From positions 1-41,708 of the forward strand of contig JBIJBE010000032.1 in NCBI GenBank assembly GCA_044345405.1: a DNA stretch of 41,708 nt, in the 5' to 3' direction. Below, in pieces: positions 35,145 through 41,708 of this stretch. The position numbers were made by a program, and so were the translations under genes. The notes beneath the pieces are model-generated. The model saw only the letters and a list, made by a program, of their open reading frames with translations. It made no database searches and was not told the origin of the DNA. How positions within the stretch are numbered: position 1 is the stretch's first letter; each line of letters begins with the position of its first letter. The DNA is from Bdellovibrionota bacterium. GTDB taxonomy: Bacteria; Bdellovibrionota_C; UBA2361; OMII01.

Positions 35145-35855
35145 ATGTTATCTTGGTTACGCACGATACTCCGTGGTAAAGAGGCTCCCAAGTCGAGCGT
35201 CGGGCAGACTGTGGCCTCGCGTCAAAGCCCGATTAAAAAATTCAGCACAGCGCATGAGCTGATGATCAATTCACTGGATGATCTGATCAAGACGCCGGGA
35301 AAGGCGTGCTACCGCACCTTGGTTTCCCTCGCCACCTCCTCTACGAGAGATGATTTTGTCTACGCCGTGCACTGTCCAGCGTTCGTCGGCTCGGGTATTC
35401 GGGATGGGGAACTTGAGAGGGTCGCTGCGTCGGGGCAGTCGGGTAAATGGCAGAAGACCCAGATGTTCAACCCCTCCATGCGTGCTCTCCTCATCGAGGG
35501 TGCCTCGATTGAGCAGTCCATCTTCCTTCTTCGCAAGCCGTTTGGCGGCAGTTCATCCGAGCTGCGGCAATTTACGATCGGCCGGACGCAGGAGAACGAT
35601 ATCCTCATGAACGACTTCGCGATATCGCGGTCGCACGCGATCGTTGAGCTTCGTGGAGAGGATTACTACCTGAAGGATCTCGGCTCATCCAACGGAACCT
35701 ACGTGAATGGCAAGTTGATCGAGGATAGAGGAACGCTTCTTCGGGACGGCGACGCGGTTCGGTTCGCTCGATATGACTTCATCTTTCTTTCGGTTGAGGG
35801 GCTGTTCGAATTGCTTAGAAAGAGAAGTGTCGCCGCGATAGATTCCGCTCCATAG
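35145..35855 (+). CDS. FHA domain protein
   Basis: IGR...NDI...ISRSHA...DLGSSNGTYVNG...LRDGD. Confidence 0.92.
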   Translation: MLSWLRTILRGKEAPKSSVGQTVASRQSPIKKFSTAHELMINSLDDLIKTPGKACYRTLVSLATSSTRDDFVYAVHCPAFVGSGIRDGELERVAASGQSGKWQKTQMFNPSMRALLIEGASIEQSIFLLRKPFGGSSSELRQFTIGRTQENDILMNDFAISRSHAIVELRGEDYYLKDLGSSNGTYVNGKLIEDRGTLLRDGDAVRFARYDFIFLSVEGLFELLRKRSVAAIDSAP

Positions 35856-35888
35856 GATAGAATCTCCATAACAAAGAATCTCTGTCCG

Positions 35889-36515
35889 CTACCGCATGAA
35901 CGGCTTTGCCCATCCGTGTTTGATGATGTTGCGCATGTTGACCTCGGTGTGCTCGAAGGGGTTGGAGATCGCCCAGTAGTGGAGGATGAAGGCGGTAGGG
36001 TTAAACTCCGAGTGTGGATAGTGAATCACCGAGTCGGGGATAAGCCCGATCTTCTCCTCGACCTTGGGAAAGGTTTTATAGAGGGTCGCGATCGTCTTCT
36101 GCTCGTAGAGGTGTCCACAGTCGGGTGTTTCCCCAAGAAGGAGGACGGAGCTCAGAAACTCATGCACCCAGGGGGTGTTTTTGGCGAAGAACACGCCAGC
36201 GCACAAGCCCTGAATGTCCGATGAGAAAAGCATCTCCTTTCCTCCTTCGTAGGGAGCGATCACATCTTCAATTCGGTGTTTTGGATTTACGATAAGGGCG
36301 TCAGCGTCAAGCCAGAGGACCCAGTCAAACGCGGTCAGCTCGCGTTGAACGGCGATAAGTTTATTCCAGGTCGCTATTCGGTTGGGGTCTATGAGTTCCC
36401 GGTATCGAATGTAGGTGTACCCGTGGGTGTCGCAGTAGGTCGAGGCGACCCCGCCAGTGAGGTCCCCGTATCCTTTGCGCCCGTCGTCGTAGAGTTGGAT
36501 GATGCCGATCTTCAT
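35889..36515 (-). CDS. GT34 (GMA12/MNN10-like) glycosyltransferase
   Basis: YC..HGY, WNKL, FDWVLWLDADALI, EQ, FILHY motifs. Confidence 0.85.
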   Translation of the reverse strand: MKIGIIQLYDDGRKGYGDLTGGVASTYCDTHGYTYIRYRELIDPNRIATWNKLIAVQRELTAFDWVLWLDADALIVNPKHRIEDVIAPYEGGKEMLFSSDIQGLCAGVFFAKNTPWVHEFLSSVLLLGETPDCGHLYEQKTIATLYKTFPKVEEKIGLIPDSVIHYPHSEFNPTAFILHYWAISNPFEHTEVNMRNIIKHGWAKPFMR

Positions 36516-36616
36516 AGAGCTATCACCCTCTAGGATGACGCTGTACTAGGGATGGGGTTCTCCAAGACCCCGTTCTAGAGCTTTGAGTTCGCACCGCTGG
36601 CGGCGAGGGGCGTGCT

Positions 36617-38005
36617 CTAGGCCCGCTCTCGGCCAACGATCGTAAGTCGAAATGGCTCTGTCGCCGGTTCCGCGTGAAATGAATCGAGGCTCTCTCCGTG
36701 TTGGCTCAGGTCAAGCCCCATCTCCTCCTCGGCCTCGCTCACCCGCATCGGAACGATCGCGTTGGCGGCGTGATAGAGCGCGAAGCTGCCTATCATCGTG
36801 AAGGCGGTCACGATACCGAGGGCGTAGAGATGGTTGATGAAGGTGGTCGTTTCGCCGTACATAAGGCCCACCTTGTCGGCGAAGACCGCGGTGAGGAGCA
36901 TTCCGACGATGCCACCGACGCCGTGGCACGGGAACACATCGAGGGTATCGTCTAGGTCGCTCTTCGTTCGCATGTGCACTGCGATGTTACTGACGATGCT
37001 CGCGAAGGATCCGATAAAGACGCTTGCGCCCACCGGGACAAAGCCGGCGGCCGGCGTGATCGCTACGAGACCAACAACCGCTCCGATGCATGCGCCGAGG
37101 GCCGATGGTTTTCTCCCCCGGGCGCAATCGAAGAGGATCCAGGCTAGCATCGCCGCGGCGGAAGCGGTGTTGGTGGTCAAAAACGCGCGAGCGGCTAGGC
37201 CGTTCGCCGCGAGCGCGGAGCCAGCGTTAAAGCCAAACCATCCGAACCAGAGCATCCCGGTGCCGAGGAGTACGTACGGAATATGGGCGGGCATCTGCGT
37301 GGTTTGCTGCCTGTGCGCGTTGCGCCTCCCGAGGAAGATCGCGCCAGTCAGAGCGGCGAGCCCTCCCGCCATATGCACTACCGTGCCGCCAGCGAAGTCC
37401 AACACGCCCCATCTTCGAAGGAACCCCTCCGGATGCCAGGTCCAGTGCGCGAGCGGGCAGTAGATTACCAGAGAGAAGAGGCACACAAAGAGCATATAGC
37501 TAGAGAAGCGCACACGTTCGGCGAATGCGCCGGTGATGAGCGCTGGGGTGATAATAGCGAACTTGAGTTGAAAGAGGGCGAAGAGAGCGAGTGGTATAGT
37601 CGGAGAGAGTGCTGGATGGGGCGCCTCGCCAACGTTTCGAAACATGAAGAAGGAGCGCGGGTCGCCGATAATCCCTCCAATGGAGTCTCCGAACGCGAGG
37701 CTGAAACCGACCGTGACCCACAGGATAGAGACGATGCCCATCGCGATGAAGCTCTGGAGCATCGTGGAGATGACGTTTCTTTTGTCGACCATTCCTCCGT
37801 AGAAGAAGGAGAGTCCCGGGGTCATCAGGAGCACAAGCGCCGTGGCGGTGAGCATCCATGCGGTGTCTCCAGTGTTGATTTCACCCGTCGTAACGATGGC
37901 CTGTTCGACCGGGGTGAGCGCCCCAAAGAGGCTTACGAGGGCGAGGGCCGCAAGTGGAATGGTCCAGAGTATCGGGTTTGAGGGGACGGTTCGTGCTGCA
38001 GCCAT
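36617..38005 (-). CDS. amtB: Ammonium transporter
   Basis: GDTAWML, MTPGLSFFYGG, DFAGGTVVH, WFGWFGFN, GLVAITP, DDTLDVFPCHG, GLDLSQHGE. Confidence 0.98.
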   Translation of the reverse strand: MAAARTVPSNPILWTIPLAALALVSLFGALTPVEQAIVTTGEINTGDTAWMLTATALVLLMTPGLSFFYGGMVDKRNVISTMLQSFIAMGIVSILWVTVGFSLAFGDSIGGIIGDPRSFFMFRNVGEAPHPALSPTIPLALFALFQLKFAIITPALITGAFAERVRFSSYMLFVCLFSLVIYCPLAHWTWHPEGFLRRWGVLDFAGGTVVHMAGGLAALTGAIFLGRRNAHRQQTTQMPAHIPYVLLGTGMLWFGWFGFNAGSALAANGLAARAFLTTNTASAAAMLAWILFDCARGRKPSALGACIGAVVGLVAITPAAGFVPVGASVFIGSFASIVSNIAVHMRTKSDLDDTLDVFPCHGVGGIVGMLLTAVFADKVGLMYGETTTFINHLYALGIVTAFTMIGSFALYHAANAIVPMRVSEAEEEMGLDLSQHGESLDSFHAEPATEPFRLTIVGRERA

Positions 38006-38358
38006 AGCTCTCCGTGGGGTTGGGGAAAACAGTAGGTTAGGTAGGTGATCGGCGGGGTGTGGAGCACCTCGGTAGCCATCAAAGCCTAACGCCTAAGGTA
38101 TATATCGTACAAATTAACCTTCGCGTATAGATAATTAAGCTAAAACCAAGTTCGGTAAGCCTAAAATGTGACTTTGAGGAGTTCGCCCATAGCCCCATTC
38201 CGGCAACTGCTCGGGGGATTGCGTATGGGGGCGGCGGACAAGTGGTGGCACGCTTCTTGGACCAAGGGGTACCTAGCCACGACGAGGGAAGCCCCACCGA
38301 TCGTTGAAGTGGTTGTGGTTCAGTGACTTAGGGTCGCTGTGAGGTTGTAGGAGCAGTT

Positions 38359-39351
38359 ATGGCCATGAAATTGTTGCAAAGCGTATGTCGTTCCCCTTCC
38401 GTTGATTCGATCCCCAGTATAGCGACCCCATCGATAATCCCCTCGGAGGTCGAGATCCAGCCCCGGGCTGATTCGGTGGCGCACCACCTTCTTCGCCTGG
38501 GAGACCGTGCTCACATAGCCGGCCGATTTGGGAAGGCGTTGCTGAACTACAAGCGCGCTCTCAAGATATTTGAATCTGACCGCGCGGCTGACGCGGAGTG
38601 TCTCGTGGCGTGCCTGAACAAGATCTCGCAGGTGTGTCGGGAACAGGGGCTGTACCATGAGGCGGAGTTCTCGGCTCGACGCGCTTTTGACGTTGGTGAG
38701 GAGCGGCTCCGGGAGGGTGATCCCTTGACGGTTTCGGCCCTGAATAATCTTGGAGCCTCCTATCAGGCGCAGGAGAAGTATGTCAAAGCGGAGGCTGCCT
38801 ACGTGAAGGCCCTTGGCGTCGGGACTCTCGGTGACGCCGTGCCCGGGGCTCAAGCGGCTCGCACGATGAACAACCTTGGGGTCGTTCTGAGCCATCTGGG
38901 TAAGGAGAGCGAGGCGATCGATATGTTCGCCGGGGCGCTCGGAATCTTTGAGTCCCTCGTTGACGGTCTCCATCCCGACATCGGAATCACGCTCAGCAAC
39001 CTCGCCGCGCTTTATCGCAAACTGGGATACCTCGATATCGCTGAGACGTTATACGTTCGAGCGAACGACAACTTCGTGGCGATCCTCGGAACCGCTCATC
39101 CGCATAGCGGTATGAATTTCGCCGCGCTCGCGGGTGTCTACCGGGAGCAGGAGCGTTTCGACGAGGCGGAGACGCTCTTCAGGTACGCGGTGACGGTGCT
39201 GGAAGAGACCCTTGGGGACGGCCACACGCGGGTGCGAGGGGTCATCAAGAACCTCGCGGAGCTCTACACCCGGATGGGCCGACCCAAAGACGCCTTTAGG
39301 ATGGAGGCGAGAGCCTTCGAGGCCGCGCATCATATTGGAGTACCGCAGTAG
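38359..39351 (+). CDS. Tetratricopeptide repeat protein (kinesin-light-chain-like TPRs)
   Basis: Repeated LNNL(G/A)..Y...G.Y..AE..Y..AL.....G..HP units; AGGAG SD. Confidence 0.92.
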   Translation: MAMKLLQSVCRSPSVDSIPSIATPSIIPSEVEIQPRADSVAHHLLRLGDRAHIAGRFGKALLNYKRALKIFESDRAADAECLVACLNKISQVCREQGLYHEAEFSARRAFDVGEERLREGDPLTVSALNNLGASYQAQEKYVKAEAAYVKALGVGTLGDAVPGAQAARTMNNLGVVLSHLGKESEAIDMFAGALGIFESLVDGLHPDIGITLSNLAALYRKLGYLDIAETLYVRANDNFVAILGTAHPHSGMNFAALAGVYREQERFDEAETLFRYAVTVLEETLGDGHTRVRGVIKNLAELYTRMGRPKDAFRMEARAFEAAHHIGVPQ

Positions 39352-39356
39352 TGTGG

Positions 39357-40454
39357 TTAGGAGCGGATGGCCCGACGATAGACCTCCGCCAGTGTGATGA
39401 GCAGAAGCGCTTGGCACAATGGGTACGTCACCAGAGATGTTGTGAGGAGGTTAAGAGCGACCTCCCGTGACCCGAGATTCTCGTTAACCGTAACGAAGGC
39501 GAGACTCGCTACGAATAGGTACGCCACGCCCGCGCGCGCGAAGAGAAAGGTGAAGATTCCAAAGAGGGGTATCGCGAGATAGTTACGAGCCATGCCAGAG
39601 GAGAGCGCGGGGAGGGCGATGAGGTAGAGCTGCGGGGCGAATCGATGTAACGGTCGGGCTCGCGAAAGGAGGGCACCCGCCATGACCGTAAGTCCCATAA
39701 AGAGTGGCCGCGCCGGGACTGGAATATAGTATGAGAGATAGCTCGTGAGAGAGTGACCTTCTGTCGAGATGTAGCCGAACACATTACGTTCAATGCCGCT
39801 CCACGCCTCGCGGTCTCCGAACCACGGTAGAAACGAGGAGATAAAAAGGGTAAGCGCGATGGATCCGTACGCGGCCCTCTCCTTGTATGTTCGGAGTGAC
39901 GTAAGGAAGGGGAGCCACGCGAGGAAAAGCGAGAAGATATGCTTCATAGAGAGTGAGGCGCCTAAGAGCGCCGCGGCTATAATGAGGTCAGTCCGCGTAG
40001 TAGATCGTGTGAGCGTCATCCAGGACGCGATTCCGAGCGCGATGGCGAGGGTATCGAACTGAATGTGATACCCGGTCACGAAACATGAGATCGGATTGAG
40101 GAAAAAGAGCACACCAACTGCCGATGATGTCGATCGGGCGAGGACGTACGCCAGAAAGAGATCCGCCAGCGTCAGGAAGCCGGTCATGAAGATGTGAAGG
40201 CGTGTGATCGTGTCGGGCCCCGTTACGGCGCTTAACCAGCGCAGTGCTCCGATGATATAGGACCACAGCGGACCGTAGTTGTAGCGGTGGGTCGCGGTGT
40301 AGATCGACTCTCCCCGAAGGACCGCTTCAGACGCGAGCCACCATGACTCCATATCGTAGTTGTCACCGGCCGCGGCGGTAAGGAGGCGAGCGAAGACGCC
40401 GGCGACAATCGCCAGGAGCACGATCTTCTTTGACGGTTCCGGTACGTGTGTCAC
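39357..40454 (-). CDS. Polytopic GT-C (GT87-like) membrane glycosyltransferase
   Basis: NYDM.SW, RYNYGPLW, LADL, FFLNP, H.QFD, SMKH motifs with many TM segments. Confidence 0.75.
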   Translation of the reverse strand: MTHVPEPSKKIVLLAIVAGVFARLLTAAAGDNYDMESWWLASEAVLRGESIYTATHRYNYGPLWSYIIGALRWLSAVTGPDTITRLHIFMTGFLTLADLFLAYVLARSTSSAVGVLFFLNPISCFVTGYHIQFDTLAIALGIASWMTLTRSTTRTDLIIAAALLGASLSMKHIFSLFLAWLPFLTSLRTYKERAAYGSIALTLFISSFLPWFGDREAWSGIERNVFGYISTEGHSLTSYLSYYIPVPARPLFMGLTVMAGALLSRARPLHRFAPQLYLIALPALSSGMARNYLAIPLFGIFTFLFARAGVAYLFVASLAFVTVNENLGSREVALNLLTTSLVTYPLCQALLLITLAEVYRRAIRS

Positions 40455-40470
40455 GATTCCGTCCGTGGAA

Positions 40471-41708
40471 TTACATCACAGGTGAGAGCCGTTCATCGGT
40501 CGTTTGCGAAAGGCTGCTTCGTGTGAGTCCACCAAGAGCGCCGTCGTCCTCATGGACCAATCTCGACAGGAGCCTCTTCGTATCGCTCAGCGCGAGGGTG
40601 CCCGAGCGCGATAGCTCAGTGGTTGAGGAGATCGGAATAGGTAGGGTGTTCTCTGCTAAGGGTGGAGGTGCCGGGAATGAGAGGGTTCCCGCCACAGCTA
40701 CGGGCGACGTTGAGCCGGGGAGGGATCCCTTCAGCCCACTCTTGATAGCCTTCGCGATGGCATCACCTTGAGGCCCCTGCGCGATAACTATGATCTGAGC
40801 CGGTGCTTTCAGGTTTGGCATCAGGGTCGCAAGAGCCCCGGAGATCGAGTCGATTGCGTGTTGAGGAGTGGATGGTTCAACTGACGGCACGTTGAAGGCG
40901 CAGAAGTTGAAGTGGTCTCGCAGAATCGGATCCTTCGCCACCGCCGAGCCGATCACCGGCCACTCGGAGGAGTTTTGCGTGTTTTGGGTCAGGAAAAGGA
41001 CGGTGGGCAGAGATGGGTGGGCGTTGCCGAGGCAGGAGAGGGGTTGCTCCCCGGGCGCGAAGATCTCCGTCCATGCGGCTGGTTCGCTAGATGCAAGTGG
41101 TACGGCTCTGCTGTGCAGTTGGATGTTTGAACGCTCAACGGTGTTGAACGCGGCGAGGTGCGCGCGCGCGCGATCGTCGGTAGTTCGCTCATCGAAAGTC
41201 ACCAGGAACGTAAGTGGTATGCATTGGCGGGCCGTCTGGCTCGCGTTGTTCGCATCATTCGCAAGGGTTTGGCATCCAGCTCCCGCCGCTCCGAGAGCTC
41301 CGACCGCGCTCGTGGAGGTGTTGTCATCAAAGATAACCTCCCAATCGGAGAGTGTTAGCGGATCGTTGTCGGCTTGAAGATCTACGATATATCGGGTGTC
41401 TCCGGGCGATGGAGGTTGTGCACCGTTGTTGGTGAGTCGAGCGACCTCTCGCACGGCGCGGTTGTAGGCGGCTGTCAGATCCGTGCATAGCTGTCCGCCA
41501 CCGTCCTGACAACCAGACTCCCCGAAGATCCCCTCGTAGGAATAGTGAGCTGCCCGCAAGAATCGCTCAAGGGATTCCGGAAGCGGTACATCGAGGTCGT
41601 TCTGCCCCCTCAGGTACCACGCTTCGGAGAGGAGGAGTGATCGTTGCGCTGCGGACTCGACGGTCGCTACCTGTTCGTTCGTTTCCAGGGCGGTGGGATC
41701 GCCGAGCT
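40471..41708 (-). CDS. Alpha/beta-hydrolase-like protein with a degenerate active site; 5' end outside the window
   Basis: Frame stays open from 41559 to the window end. TVLFLTQ...W...DPILRDHFNFCAF and IIVIAQGPQG align by eye with PVVFVHG...W...DP.LR.RYQFW.F and LVGHSMGG. Confidence 0.65.
   Translation of the reverse strand, partial: LGDPTALETNEQVATVESAAQRSLLLSEAWYLRGQNDLDVPLPESLERFLRAAHYSYEGIFGESGCQDGGGQLCTDLTAAYNRAVREVARLTNNGAQPPSPGDTRYIVDLQADNDPLTLSDWEVIFDDNTSTSAVGALGAAGAGCQTLANDANNASQTARQCIPLTFLVTFDERTTDDRARAHLAAFNTVERSNIQLHSRAVPLASSEPAAWTEIFAPGEQPLSCLGNAHPSLPTVLFLTQNTQNSSEWPVIGSAVAKDPILRDHFNFCAFNVPSVEPSTPQHAIDSISGALATLMPNLKAPAQIIVIAQGPQGDAIAKAIKSGLKGSLPGSTSPVAVAGTLSFPAPPPLAENTLPIPISSTTELSRSGTLALSDTKRLLSRLVHEDDGALGGLTRSSLSQTTDERLSPVM

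Noticed and set aside
36834-37981. 209-aa and 232-aa plus-strand ORFs
   Set aside because: Antisense shadows of amtB.

Overview
Bacterial chromosomal segment, moderately GC-rich by eye. The FtsA/FtsZ style and the Cys-rich secreted proteins suggest a deltaproteobacterial or Bdellovibrionota-like lineage (inference only). Housekeeping content: a fragmented dcw cluster (ftsQAZ; a translationally coupled alpha/beta-hydrolase, membrane-anchored murF and ddl operon on the minus strand; a divergent stand-alone ftsW-murG), aspS, tRNA-Leu(UAA), thrS, NfeD/SPFH, a lipoprotein Mn-SOD and amtB. Accessory content: several glycosyltransferases, a subtilase, WYL and tandem-Lrp regulators, and orphan ORFs. 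I saw no integrase, transposase, reverse transcriptase or CRISPR array. The strongest unexplained signals are non-coding. One is a complete ~80-nt three-hairpin sRNA unit with its own sigma70 promoter and terminator (21864-21978, minus). Another is a 97-aa orphan bracketed by a structured leader and a 90-nt rod-like RNA that can also pair with the leader (5961-6564). Others are leaderless promoters on ftsQ, ftsW and two more genes, an identical 16-nt initiation region on two distant orphans, and a 7-mer tandem array at the window edge. Protein-level oddities include an RpoD-like sigma factor broken by one in-frame TAA, a divergent serpin-like protein, a secreted thioredoxin-fold Cys-rich protein and a probable catalytically dead hydrolase. 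All family calls come from motif recognition by eye; no searches were run.
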